Shown here: positions 27,673 to 40,485 of the stretch, piece by piece | Numbering within the stretch: position 1 is the first letter of the stretch | Layout: the number at the start of each line of letters is the position of its first letter | Source: Octopus sinensis | Lineage: Eukaryota | Direction: 5' to 3' | Length of the DNA: 64,000 bases | NCBI RefSeq assembly: GCF_006345805.1 | Contig: NC_043023.1 | Location: forward strand, 4,092,001-4,156,000 | Made by a program: the position numbers and the translations under genes | Notes under the pieces: model-generated | Database searches by the model: none | What the model was told of the DNA's origin: nothing | The model's input: the letters and a program-made list of their open reading frames with translations, nothing else

Positions 27673-27704
<32 letters not shown>

Positions 27705-27818
27705 TCTCTTTCTCTTTCTCTCTCTCTTTCTCTCTCTCTTTCTCTTTCTCTCTCTCTTTCTCTCTCTCTCTTCCTCTCTCTCTCTCTTTCTCTCTCTCTT
27801 TCTTTCTCTCTCTCTCTC
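26972..27818. repeat. Interrupted (CT)n/(CTT) homopyrimidine tract of about 850 bp; pure (CT)n also at 56150-56387
   Basis: Almost exclusively C/T on the + strand. Confidence 0.95.
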
Positions 27819-28096
27819 ACATCACATTCACTCACATTTTCTCTTCTGTCTTTCATTTTCACTTTCTCTCCCATCTTCCACCCTCCCTCTCTCTCACTCT
27901 GCCCTTTTCTCTCAACGCATTTCTCTCCCTAAATAACTGTATATATATCTTATATATACATGAATCTATATCTCTGTCTATCTACACACACAAACACATC
28001 TACATACTTGTGTATATATTTGTGTGCACATGTATGCAAAAACAGTTGTGTGTATATATATGAGCATCTGTGTGTGTGTGTATGTGTGTCTGTATG

Positions 28097-28161
<65 letters not shown>

Positions 28162-29103
28162 GCCATATTGGTGATGTGTCTTTGTCTTCAGTATGGGTCA
28201 CTCAACACCTGTTGATTGGATTTTGAAGATGGATCTAAAAGAAACCTGTTAACCAGGTGCAAGAGTGGCTGTGTGGGAAGAAGCTTGCTTCTCAACCACA
28301 AGATTCTAGGTTCAGTCCCACTGCGCGTCACCTTGGGCAAGTGTCTTCTACTATAGCCTTGGGCCGACCAAAGCCTTGTGAATGGATTGGTAGATGGAAA
28401 CTAAAAGAAGCCTGTCATATATATGTATATACATATGTATATTAGAAAAAATAAGGTACTCAGAGATCTGGATGGTTGTACATTTACAGATGTTTATTAA
28501 CATGTCACACGTTTTTATAAATCATATATTAGCGCTTGCATCTTCTCTAGTAGATTCTTCAGATTTGAATTTTTTGAGGGGATTCATCTCTTTTTATAGT
28601 ATTATTGAGTGTGTAGGGATGGAGAGAGATATAGGATCATAAAAGAGGGTGAGGAACGGGGCAGAAAGTATATATGTATGTGTGTGTGTGTGTGTGTGTG
28701 TTTGTCCCCCATTACCATTTGACAACTGATGCTTGTGTGTTTACGTCTCTGTAACTTAGCGGTTCAGCAAAAGAGACTGGTAGAAAAGAATACATATGCA
28801 TGTGTGTGTTTGTGTCCCCTTATCTTGACATGGGTTGTTGTGAAGGAGTATCTCCCTCCATCATAGAAGCAGACTCAACCCTTCCAACATTCTGTTTAAC
28901 GATGTCTCTGCCATAGCAAAATATGACCTTGCTTGGAAGCAGCGGAGGATTGGTGACAGGAAGAGCATCCAGTTTGTAGAAAGTCAGTTGAAGAAGAACT
29001 AATTGTTTCAGTATAGGTGGTAGTATGGGTGGTAGTTGTTGTAGTTGGCTCTCTTTCCTATTTTGTGACAATCTCAAGTTACCATGGTTACTCTTCTTTA
29101 CAG

Positions 29104-29160
29104 ATGGAAATCTCCCTCCGTTGGAAAATGATGAGAAAAAGGCATCAAAGAACTGCCACG
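29104..29160 (+). CDS. unc5: UNC-5 57-nt cytoplasmic juxtamembrane exon (DGNLPPLENDEKKASKNCH)
   Basis: ctcttctttacag| acceptor and CACG|gtgagt donor; phase 1-1, open frame. Confidence 0.8.
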
Positions 29161-30049
29161 GTGAGTCTTTGTTGTTGTTCTTGTTATTGATGTCAATGTT
29201 ATTGTGTTACACAACCCCCCACAATGATACTGTCACACACACACACACACACAGCACAAGACTTCACTACCACCACCACTTTAACACCCTCACCACTCAA
29301 CCATCACACTCCCAACACCTACCCACCCCTCACCAATCAATATTGCACTGCTCCATCTCAACAGATTTTCTATAGAAATTCGAGCTTGCACCGAAATTTA
29401 TGATATATATTTCTTTACTGCCCACAAGGGGACAAACAAGAACAGACAAACGGATTAAGTCAATTACATCGACCCCAGTGCGTAACTGGTACTTAATTTA
29501 TCAACCCCGAAAGGATGAAAGGCAAAGTTGACCTTGGCAGAATTTGAACTCAGAACGTAAAGGCAGACAAAATACCCCTAAGCATTTCACCCGGCATGCT
29601 AACATTTCTGCCAGCTCACTGCCTTTTTTTTCTTTTTTCCTTTCTTTCTTTTTCTTTTTTCCTTTTTTTTCTCTTTTTTCTTTTTCTCTCTTTTTTTCAA
29701 ATTTATGATATAGTTTACAACAAAATACCAGAGTTGTGTGAGGCCCAGCATATCCATACCTCTGAGGTCTGTATAGGGTTGGTTACCATGGAAACCAATA
29801 TCGACCATTGTTTGCTCTTGAGACCAGAAAGATGGCCCTCTGGCTGTAGAATGTTCCAGCTTCTGTAGTCTGACAGTTTGACCATGTGTTACTGACATCA
29901 GATAACTTCAACAGTATTGATGAGATTATTGTAGCCATTAATCTGGGACATTCTCAGAGTTAACTCAGCACAGAGCATTTGAAAGATGAGCAACTGTTTT
30001 CATCGGCCATTCTTCAAAAAATATACATATTAATTGCTGGTAGGGACAT

Positions 30050-30850
30050 TGAATTTCATTATACAACCATAATATACTACAAAGTATATTAAAGGTTTTA
30101 TGAGCCAATATTGTGTCCTGCCTGTGTTAGCAGTGTGATTCAATCACATTTTCAGGATTTTTTTCTACAGATTTTCTATAGAAATTAGGGCCAGCACTGA
30201 AAGTTATGACATACTCATATACGTCTATGTAAGCAATGTTATCAAAAATAGAAAAATAGATAATGGGTGTACATGCATATTTCAGGAATTCTTGCTCCTT
30301 CTTCAGGTCCACATCCAACCCATTAGCCATCCAACAACACATTGTTTAAATCGTTGCTATATATAGCAGAGTATAGGTATTGGATATATCAATTTTACAT
30401 ATTAAACACATTCCTGGAGACTGGTACATATATATTAATAGGGACACCATATTTTGTTATGCAACTGTAATATACTACAAAATATATTAAACACTTTATA
30501 AGTGAATACTGTGTCCTACCATGTTAGCAGTTCTGGTAAATCACTTTTTAAAGTTAACTCTACAGATTTTTCTATAGAAATTTTAGCCAGCACTGGAGGT
30601 TACAATATTTCATATACAAATATGACTATATAAACAATGTGATTAAAGATAGAAAAATAAGTAATGAGTGTATATGCACATTTCAGGAGTTATTGCTCCA
30701 TCTTCAGTATCACATCCAAATCATTAATCATCCATGAACATATTGCTTAAATAATCACTAAAATTAGTGGTGTAACATAATTGGATATAACACATTTACA
30801 TATTAAACACAAGTTATGCAACTATATTATATGCAACCATAATATATTAC
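30050..30850 (+). repeat. Two tandem units of about 400 bp; further copies at 29361-29400, 31048-31250, and inverted at 32258-32316 and 53570-53715
   Basis: Recurrent TCTACAGATTTTCTATAGAAATT...CAGCACTG and CTGTGTTAGCAGT blocks. Confidence 0.75.
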
Positions 30851-32004
30851 CAAGTTAGTTCCAACATATTTTTCTCCTCTCTCTCTCTCTCACTCTCTCT
30901 TCATTTTTTCCTCTTATTCCTTTCTGTCAAAGAGCATAGGCTCAAAACATCAAAGACTTTTCCATTCATCCTGAGCGTCAAACCAATACATCTGCTTGTT
31001 GTTCCCTCACCTGTCTTTCTCTTTTATTTTCTGTACATTTGAGCCTTACATTAAAGGTTTGTAAGTCAATATCATGTCCTACCTGTGTTAGCAGTGCAGT
31101 GCAATTCAATCAATTTTTAAAGTTTTCTCTACTGATTTTCTACAGAAATTAGAGACAACACTGAAAGTTATGACATTTCCTATACGAATACAGCTATGTA
31201 AACAATGCAATCAAAGATAGGACAAGGGTGTATGGGCATATTTCAGAAGGCTGGTGTTCTACATCCATACAACCTGTGTAACTGCATTTTGTATTTCCCA
31301 AACAGACAATTCTTATAAACTCACCAAAGACATTTTAAGATTTGTTCAAGATATGTTTCCAGTTGCGATTAAACTGTAATTTCTTACTTGTTAGATAAAG
31401 GCTTGGAGATTATTGTTTGATGACATTATTTAATTAGAAAAAAAAAGTTTTAATTTGCTCTGAGATTGTTTTAATTTGCTTTCAGGCCTGTTTTAATTTG
31501 CTTTGAATTTCTTTCATGAATATTCTAATCTGTTCTTGAAATGTAATTGTGTGTGTCTATCGTCATCGTCATCATCGTTTAACGTCCGTTTTCCGTGCTA
31601 GCACGGGTTGGACGGTATCTCTTTTATAAACTGAGACAGATGTGTGATAGCATTAATTCTTAACCTGTTCATTCCCATCCGTGTCTATAGCTGTCTTTCT
31701 TAGAATTTGACATGTGTGGTGTAGTGATGTTCATGCATGCCTTGTTTATTCTTCATCTTTCTTTCATACACACGTTTGTACGTGAGTATATGTATGTGTG
31801 CATACAGGTTCTCCTTTCTTTTTATTATATGGAAAATTCCTGGAGCTGGTTTCCAACTAAGATACAAAGCTCCATCATTGGAATGTAGATAACAAAAACA
31901 AATTCACATTGGGAACCTAACTAAACTCTTACATATTTTTGCTGTTCACTTACAGATTACATTTATAATGCACAAGTATGTGTGTGTGTTGTGTGTATGT
32001 CTGA

Positions 32005-32395
32005 TGGCACATGGTTCAGGGATTAGAGCATCGGGCCCACAATCGTGAGATTGTGAGTTTGATTCTCAGACTGGGCTGTGTGTTGTGTTCTTGAGCAAGA
32101 CACTTTATTTCACGTGCTCCAGTTCACTCAGCTGTAGAAATGAGTTGTGACATCACTGGTGCCAAGCCGTATCAGTCTTTGCCTTTCCCTTGGATAACAT
32201 TGGTGGTATGGAGAGGAGAGGCTGGTATGCATGGGCGACTGCTGGTCTTCCATAGAGAAAACTTTAAAAAGTGATTGAATCGCACTGCTAACACAGGTAG
32301 GACATGATATTGACTTGCCCAGACTTGTGCCTCAGAGGGGAACTTTCTAGTTGCAATCTATACTCATTCATGGCCAAAGGGGTTCTTTACCTTAC
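32005..32395 (+). mobile_element. tRNA-derived SINE (TTGAGCAAGACAC core); related copies at about 1270-1525(-), 11490-11695(-), 21000-21135(-)
   Basis: tRNA-like head followed by GTTCTTGAGCAAGACACTTTATTTCAC. Confidence 0.75.
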
Positions 32396-32465
32396 TTTAC
32401 CTTTATGTATGTATATGTGCTTGTGTATGTATGTATCATATATATTTCCATTTTAACCATTCCAG

Positions 32466-32891
32466 ATATGGTGTCTGTTCAGCCTGATTTGACGCAAACA
32501 GTGGTCAGTATACGTCCAGCCAACGTCGACTCACCAAACAACAACATTGAACCAACAGTCGACAAGACAGCCTCAATGAGCAACAAGTCTCAGCAGCTGG
32601 CACAGACCCTATCAAAAGGGGGCAGCAAGCATGGCCCTGGTGACCACCTATTGACAGAGAATCCCCTTGGTGGCTCCATGGAGAAGTTAGCCATCAAATC
32701 GCATCCCAAGAACACAATGTCCATGAGTTCAAGCATGTCAATGAACCAGAGGCCAATCTCAAACGGAGATGTCCAGTCAGCCAGTCGGTTATCACTCATG
32801 TCCACCCAGTTACCATGCAACATCGAAGCTGATGCCGTCATCTGGGGCACGTTTACACACACTGGTGGACGACTGTGCCTCAATGAATCAG
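32466..32891 (+). CDS. unc5: UNC-5 exon: cytoplasmic linker (VQPDLT motif) and start of ZU5 domain
   Basis: ttccag|AT...TCAG|gtaagt; 426 nt, phase 1-1. DMVSVQPDLTQT...VIWGTFTHTGGRLCLNES matches the UNC5 PDLT motif and the ZU5 start GTFxxxGGRL. Confidence 0.93.
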
Positions 32892-33134
32892 GTAAGTTAT
32901 GTTATTAATGATGGTGATGATGATGCTAGTTATAGTAATGATGATAAATTATCATAATTTCAAATTTCGTTAAAAGTCCAGTAATTTCAGGGAAGGCTGT
33001 AAGTCAATTACATCAACCCCAGTGTTCAACTGGTCCTTATTTTATTGACCCTAAGAGGATGAAAGGCAAAGTCAACCTCAGCGGAATTTGAACCCTAATG
33101 TAGACATAATGCCACAAAGCATTTTACCTGGCAC

Positions 33135-33642
33135 CCAAATGAGTGGCACAGATGCTTCAAAAGTGGAAGAGAGTCACTGGAAGACCTTCCATGAGTCACC
33201 CTGGAAATTAGGTATTGGGCATCAAAAATTTGTCCATCAAAGAGGGTTCTACCACAATCTTTTGAAGCATTTGAGGGGGACATTTGGTGAAAGTGACCAG
33301 ATATGTGGTGTGCAAAGAACTGGATTATTCACTGAGCTCTCCTCACTCATAACATGGAATTGCTTCTGCACCTGCCCTATTCACTGGATTTAGCACCTGC
33401 ATACTTTCAACTCCTCCTCAAGATGAAAATGCTGGTAAAAGGTCACCACCATTGTCAAGATCCAGATCAAATCACAGAAGATCCTTGGCTTACTTACAGA
33501 GAATGTCTTTCAGGCAGGATTCCAAAAGTGGCAGGAATACTGTGACCATTGGTTATTTTGAAAGAGATGATGTTAAAACTTAGGTAAATGAGTTATTTTT
33601 TTATTAAACATAACTAGTCTGGAACCTTTTGATACCACCTCA
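33135..33642 (+). mobile_element. Internally deleted mariner remnant
   Basis: EWHRCFKSGRESLED and HLPYSLDLAPAYF fragments; terminus CTTTTGATACCACCTCA|TA. Confidence 0.75.
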
Positions 33643-33680
33643 TATATCTATACATATAGACATAATAATATATGTGTGTG

Positions 33681-33711
<31 letters not shown>

Positions 33712-34611
33712 ATATATATATTATATATATATATATATATATACTCTTTTACTTGTTTCAGTCATTTGACTGTGGTCATGCTGGAGCTCCACCTTTAGTC
33801 GAGCAAATCGACCCCAGGACTTATTCTTTGTAAGCCTAGTACTTATTCTATCAGTCTCTTTTGCCAAACCGCTAAGTTACAGGGACATAAACACACCAGC
33901 ATCAGTTGCCAAGCGATGTTGGAGGGACAAACACAGACACACAAACATATACACACACATACATATATATATAGATATAGATATATATATATATATACAT
34001 ATATACGACAGGCTTCTTTCAGTTTCCATCTACCAAATCCACTCACAAGGCTGTGGTCAGCCCGGGGCTATAGTAGAAGACACTTGCCCAAGGTGCCATG
34101 CAGTGAGACTGACCCAGAACCATGTGGTTTGTAAGCAAGCTACTTACCACACAGCCACTCCTACGCCTATATAAAATATGTATATAATATATGTAATATG
34201 TATATATATATATATGTATACATATATACATGCGCGCGCGTACATATATATAGTTGGGGAGGCATCGTAGCCTTGTTTTGAGAGGAATTCTTTGGAGTTT
34301 CAATATTTTACCTCTGGATAGATGGGTGTTTTGTTGATCACCCTTAAACGACCTTTCTTCCTGGACCTTTTGAGTGGGTTTGGCTATACAACCTGAAGAA
34401 CATTCTATCTGTGCCCCACCTGCAAGGTTATGCACTGTTTATCTTGATATGATGTTACCATGTCACCACAAATATGGTTGTGATCCATGTGCCTGGTGTA
34501 CCCTTATCAGACAGGTAATCATTATGGTATATTGGGCTTCATATATTTGTCCCCAACATGAATTTGATGTCATACATTGCTCTCACTCAATAATAATAAT
34601 AATAATAATAA

Positions 34612-36040
34612 GGATGGAAAAGTGTGCTATGTTAAAAATGAAACTAGGAAGATTTGAAAGAAACGAGGGAATTGAAATGCCAAAATGGGCAAAGAATGAG
34701 AGCAGTCAAAAAAGGACAATGGTATAAGTACTTGGGAATACTGGAAGCAGATGAAATAAAAATGAAGAAATGAAACAAATTACAATTGAGGTGTACACAA
34801 GGAGAGTCAGAAAATTATTGCAATCAAAGCTGAAGTCCAAAAATTTTATTGAAGCAATAAATTCAAGAGCAGTACCATTAATAGATATGGTGTTGGAATT
34901 AAAGACTGGACTAGAAACGATATATGAAGAAACTTGACAGAAAAATTAGGAAGTTGTTAACAATGTATGGATCCCACCATCCAAAAACTGGTATCAACTG
35001 GCTGAGAGACGAGGGTGGAAGAGAGTTAATAGCAGTAGAGGAATGTGTACAGATGGAGAGAAAGAGTTTAGTAGAGTATTTACAGAGCAGCACAGAAATA
35101 ATACTAAAGACAGGTAATGAAGACAGAAACCACCAAAGACAGGTGATGGAGCACTTAATAAGGAGAAAAGGACAAGAACGAAATACAAAGAGAGCAGACA
35201 GATCAAAGGGAAACCTGTGAAGGGCCAATTTTGGAGAATCACTGAAGACGTATGTGGAACAAAACCCTGGGCTTGGTTAAAAAAGGGGTGATTAAGAAAA
35301 AGAAACAGAGACCCTAATTGTAGCAGCCCAAGATCAAGCGATAAAAACAAACAACTTGAGAAAAATATGAAGAGAATGTTTCAGAAAAATGTAGAGTCTG
35401 TGGAACTTGGAATGAGACATTGTGGAAGAGTACCCCAAGTTGGCACAGGAAGAATATAAGAAACTGAGGCACGACCAGGTTGTAAATGTTTTACACTGGA
35501 AACTGTGCCAGAAATGGGGATTTGAAGCTGGAAACATATGGTAGCCTCTTTGAGTTGAATGAGTACTGGAATTGAAGAAATGTAAGATTTTGATGGGACT
35601 TTGCTATTGAAATGGACAAGAAGTTAGAAAATAATAGACCAGACATAACAATTATAGGTAAAGAAAAGCAAAGTGGCTTAATTATCGACCCCTTGTGCCC
35701 ATATGATTCCAGGATCATAAAGAAAGAGGAAGAAAAACAAAGAAAATGCAATCCCTTAAAGTTTGAAATAGGAAGAATTTGGAGCATGTGAACAGTAAAG
35801 GTTATACCTGTAGTAATTGGTGCATTGGGAACAGTAAACCAAGATGTAGACAAATAGTTGAAGGAGATTGAAATAGAATGCCTGGTAGGGCTCCTACAAA
35901 AAGTTTGTCTCTTAGGGAGAGCAAGGATGATTATCAGAAGGGTTCTAAACACTTGGAAGACTGCTGAAAACTTGTGGATACCTAAGGTTACAGGTAGTAA
36001 CCTGCTAGCCACATAATTCCTACTAAAATTTCTAGTAAAA
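34612..36040 (+). mobile_element. 5'-truncated R4/Dong-clade LINE (RT C-terminus, Zn knuckle, restriction-like endonuclease), degenerate
   Basis: YKYLGILEAD, KLDRKIRKLLTMYGSHHPK, AAQDQAIKT, RHDQV, NNRPDI and IPVVIGALG; flanked by (TAA)n. Confidence 0.9.
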
Positions 36041-36633
36041 TAATAATTTTGGGTACAAAGCCTGAAATTTGTGGGGAGGAGCTTGTCAATTATATCGACC
36101 CCTGTGTGTAACTGGTACTTATTTCCTCAATCCCAAAAAGATGGAAAGCAAAGTCAACCTCTGCAGAATTTTAACTCAGAACGTAATGACGGATGAAGTG
36201 CTGCTAAACATTTTGCCTGGTGTGCTAACGATTCTGCCAGCTCACCACCTTTATAATAATAATAATAAGAAGAAGAAGAAGAATGATTTCTTTTCTTGGC
36301 CACAAGGGTGCAAGACAACCACAACAGAGGATGAGATACGACACACAATCAAGGGAAGACACTACAACATTAAAGGATACAACAAAAGGATATATATATA
36401 AATGTAAATCAAAAAAATAAATAATTAATCCCCAAAAGCAAGGGTAATTTAGTGTAAACCCCAAACAAAAAATCCCTGATTGCTCTACTGTCTCCTGGGC
36501 ATAGGTACTGCCATCTTCCAGTTTCTTTCCTTCTACTTAGAAAAACATACTCCGAGTAAATCCATTCAACCTCTCCAGTCTTGGTACTCTCATCTTCCAT
36601 CAATAATGCGTTTCTGTTTATATCCTGTTTCAG

Positions 36634-36735
36634 GTGTGAGTCTAACTGTTCCCGAAGGTGCCATTTGTAAAGGAGATAGTGAAGAGGTGTTCCTGGCCGT
36701 ATGTAGAGATGATAAAGACAGACCTAAATTAACAG
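36634..36735 (+). CDS. unc5: UNC-5 exon: ZU5 domain
   Basis: gtttcag|GT...ACAG|gtaatt; 102 nt, phase 1-1. GVSLTVPEGAICKGDSEEVFLAVCRDDKDRPKLT contains the GVSLxVPxGAI ZU5 motif. Confidence 0.94.
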
Positions 36736-37343
36736 GTAATTTGTTGCTATGACAACTGTGTCACTAGGTGGTCCATTGGGTCTCACTACCATGTAGAGAT
36801 CTGATACATAAGGCAGAAGGGTGTGATTTGTGGGAGATTTGGCTGCTATTTCTACCAGGCCTAGCTGTCTCATCAGAGATTTCCCTCATTGGCTTATACA
36901 CACACACACATGCATCAGATAGTAGGGTGTGGTATGAGGAAGATTTGGCTGCTATTTCTGCCATGTCTAGCTACTATGTAGAGGTATCCTTCATTGGCTT
37001 ATACATGTATACATACATATAACTGTAGAACGTGATTTGAGGGAGACTTGGCTGCTATTTCTGCCAGGTCTAGCTACCATATAGATTCATTGGGAGACCA
37101 CTACATGGTAGGTAGACCTGTTAGAAATAGCAGTCAAATCTCATATGACACCCACTTCCATCTTCAAAGAACATACTCTATGGTCCCAGATTCCCTATTT
37201 GGAAAAAAAAAAGCAAGCAACACCATACACATATACCACAACCACCAGATTTAGACACCACACCGCCATCATACCACTTCCACCACACCACCATCATACC
37301 ACTTCCACCTCCCCCCACTAACATGTTGTTCTCTTATTTCCAG

Positions 37344-37510
37344 ACAAACAGACAATACTCAGTCCAGTAATTCTGTGCGGACCCACAAGTGTATTACTGA
37401 AGAAACCTGTTGTTATATCGTTCCAACATTGCGCCAACATGCGGCAGGGTGCCTGGATATTGTCAGTCTACAACTGCGACACACCCATAGATGAAGCTTC
37501 ATATTGGACA
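37344..37510 (+). CDS. unc5: UNC-5 exon: ZU5 domain C-terminal part (absent from ORF track)
   Basis: ttccag|AC...GACA|gtaagt; 167 nt, phase 1-0. DKQTILSPVILCGPTSVLLKKPVVISFQHCANMRQGAWILSVYNCDTPIDEASYWT contains LSPVxxCGP, KPV and HCA. Confidence 0.95.
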
Positions 37511-37887
37511 GTAAGTGACCATCATTGCTTAAAGGATTGAACTTACTGTTTGTCTATTTGCCTGTCTTTCTCTTTTTCTGTGTTTGTCAATGGGTTTATC
37601 TAATCACTCTATGTCTATCTTGTATATCTTGGACTTAAATATAATATGTAACGGTAAAATCCCAGGATCAAAGTGTAGGAAGTTAGTAAGCTTCAAGTAG
37701 TCAATAGAAGATAAAAAAACAACTTTCAGGAACAACAGTGGTTTATTGACGTAGAAGTTGGTAAGTTTTTCCAACATCAAAGTCCAGTAAGCTGGAAAAA
37801 GTTACTTGTAGTTTACAGTTAGCAGCAGGGGTTGCTGTGTGTGAATAAAAATCCCTTTTGGACCATCTCTCCACTGTTGCCCCTACT

Positions 37888-38145
37888 GTATATATTATTG
37901 AACATTTATGGTGCATTTTAGAAAAACAAGTAGGGAGTCGATATCTTCAACCATCATCACTACAAGAACTGGAGAATGTTTTAGCTGAAGAATGGACAAA
38001 AATTCCTTTGGAAACAATTGAAACTTTGTACGAGTCCATAACTCATAGAATTCAAGCTGTAATCACTGTCAAGGTGGTCCTACTCTATATTAAAATAAAT
38101 TTGTTTGAAATTTTAAGGCGTTTCCATTATTTTGTCCAACTTCTG
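37888..38145 (+). mobile_element. Tc1-like transposon 3' end
   Basis: IIEHLWCILEKQV...LAEEWTKIP...LYESITHRIQAVI; terminus ...TTTTGTCCAACTTCTG|TA. Confidence 0.85.
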
Positions 38146-39095
38146 TATGTATGTATATATATATATATATATATATACCAGAGTAAGCACATAAATGTGA
38201 AACAAAGTGGACAAAAGAGTACTCAAATACCAGAGGTAGAGTAATATGCTTTAAAATCAGCAGAAATATAACAAAAGCTGTTACTCAGAGTTTCACGTTC
38301 CCATTCGTAGGACAGTTTTGTTATGTATATATAATAAATTTATCACTGTCTGTCTTAAATTTTGTTATGTATGTAGATTTTTTGCATTATATCTCTGTGT
38401 GTGTGTGTGCAATGCTGTCTGTGTGCTTTTTTCTTTCTGATTAGTCTGATTAACAGCCAATTAGTATTTATTAACAATTTCACAATTATCTCAATCAAAC
38501 TTAAATTTTTATTATTTTTCATAAAGAGGACAATTCAAATCATTAATGAATTATATTAATTATAATTAACTAAAACCATAAAGTTATTGTTGCTGTGTTT
38601 CTGTTTCATTTCAATTCTATTATTAACAATTAATACAATAGCAATAACTATTAATTAATGATTCATGGCTTCTTAATTAGTTGTAATCAAGAGTCTAGCA
38701 GTGCTACAAAACTTTCTCAACATACTCTCTATACCAGAGTTTCTGAACCATATTTTTGCCCATGGATCCCTTTGATTCCTGTTAGAGGGACCTTCCTAGC
38801 TATTTGATGTTTTTAAAAAAGTCCTATAATATTATTAGAATTTAATCATCATCATCATTTAACCAGGGGTACAAATATATGAAGCCCAATATACCCATCA
38901 TGACTACCCATCTAATAAGGGTACACCAGGCACATGCATCTGGCAACTTTTAAAAACCAAGATACTTCTAAATCACTATGGCTTTATAACCAGAATAACA
39001 ACATCCCTCTTCATTTCTTGAGTAAGATTATACAGATTTAGAAAAAGATGCAGGTATGTCCTCAACTACCTTATGCACCCTGTATATATATAATT

Positions 39096-39508
39096 CTAGC
39101 ATCTAAGCCCGGTTTCACCCGGTTTGTTTGGATGATGTGGCTGTGATCATTTTCAGTTAGGCATAATCTATAACAGCTTTTCTCAACCATATCATTTCGG
39201 GTCCCCTGTTTCGATTGGAGCCTCCAACTGTATGAAAATTTCCTGGCCCCACCCATTCAGAAAACAGCTTCTAAGCAACTGATTGTTTTCATGGTGGGAG
39301 AAAGAGGGGAATTCCATTAGAAAATGCTTTAATCGATTTTCTCGGTAAGTAGGGGGGGGCAAAGTAAAAAATACAAACTGCATTCCAATCTATGCACCCA
39401 TCTCCACCTGTGTGCCATTTTTCACGTGAATCCACCCAGCCGTTTGGCTGTGAACCTCAAGACAAGAAAGAATATAATGACTGCCCATGTCCAATTTATA
39501 TTATAGAT
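39096..39508 (+). mobile_element. Helitron/Helentron-like non-autonomous element
   Basis: Starts CTAG..GCCCGGTTTCACCCGG (subterminal hairpin), ends AATTTATATTATAGAT. Confidence 0.5.
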
Positions 39509-39747
39509 CAGTGGTTTTCAACCAGGGTTCTGCAGAACCTTAGGGTTCCGCCAGTACAGTCCAGGGTTCCGCCAGAACAGTCCAGGGTTCCGCAAGAAGT
39601 TACAAAAAGTTACAAATCGACAGTAATTTTTAATTCTCCTGTGCAGATATGTGTGCATAGGACAATTGAATTATTGCACAGGGGTTCCTCGAGCCAGTGA
39701 AATGTTTTCTTGGGGTTCCGCTCCAGCAAAAAGTTTGAAAAGCACTG
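39509..39747. mobile_element. hAT MITE with perfect 8-bp target-site duplication
   Basis: TTATAGAT|CAGTGGTTTTCAA...TTGAAAAGCACTG|TTATAGAT; internal GGGTTCC repeats. Confidence 0.9.
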
Positions 39748-39790
39748 TTATAGATAATGTAATGTTCACCCTTTTCTTCTCTATTTTCAG

Positions 39791-40027
39791 AAACTTGTTA
39801 CCCTCGGCCAAGAGACAATCAACACCCCTATATACACCCAGCTCGACCCAAACCATTGCCACATAATGACTGAACAGCTCCACCGTTATACACTCATAGG
39901 CGAGTCAGTGCCTGGAGGTCGTGCGATTAAAATTCTGCGTCTTGTCGCCTTTGCACCCGCTATGCCACCCTCAATGGATTACAGCATCAGGGTTTACGTT
40001 GTGGAGGATACCCAAGATGCGTTGGAG
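39791..40027 (+). CDS. unc5: UNC-5 exon: ZU5-UPA junction / UPA domain
   Basis: ttttcag|AAA...GAG|gtaaga; 237 nt, phase 0-0. KLVTLGQETINTPIYTQLDPNHCHIMTEQLHRYTLIGESVPGGRAIKILRLVAFAP...YSIRVYVVEDTQDALE. Confidence 0.95.
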
Positions 40028-40116
40028 GTAAGAACACTCACTCTTCTATATTTAAGAGATGAGGGATTATGAACATTTACGTTCAACGGATATTTGTCCT
40101 CATCTTGTTTGTTGTT

Positions 40117-40162
40117 AACACAACGTTTCGGCTGATATACCTTCCAGCCTTCATCAGGTGTC
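40117..40162 (-). ncRNA. Minimal type I hammerhead ribozyme motif, canonical core, in a PLE-like terminal repeat (about 40045-40207)
   Basis: GACAC-CUGAUGA-A-GGCUG GAAGGUAUAU CAGCC-GAA-ACGU-U-GUGUU; perfect 5-bp stem II, palindromic stem III. Confidence 0.78.
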
Positions 40163-40441
40163 TTGGGGAAATTACAAACCTGGGTTCTCATTCCTAAGGT
40201 ATTTTTCAATGTTGTTATTGTTGTTATTATTATTAAGAAGGCTGTCCTACACCATATTAAAATAAATTTGTTTGAAATTTTAAGGTGTTTCCATTATTTT
40301 GTCCAACCTCTGTATGTATATATATATATATATATATATACCGGAGTAAGCACATAGATGTGAAACAAGGTGGACAAAAGAGTACTCAAATACCAGAGGT
40401 AGAGTAATATGTTTTATTTAAAAGCAGCAGAAATATAACAA

Positions 40442-40485
40442 AAGCTGTTACTCAGAGTTTCACATTCCCGTTCATCGGACAGTTT
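40442..40485 (-). ncRNA. Minimal hammerhead motif (U4C core) in the left arm of hairpin 40413-40564; family copies at about 38274-38317 and 63943-63983
   Basis: AAACUGU-CCGAUGA-ACG GGAA UGU-GAAA-CUCUGAG-UA-ACAGCUU. Confidence 0.65.

Noticed and set aside
26887-28063. Long ORFs of 319-369 aa (RE-rich or SL-rich)
   Set aside because: Translations of the (CT)n/(GA)n tract.
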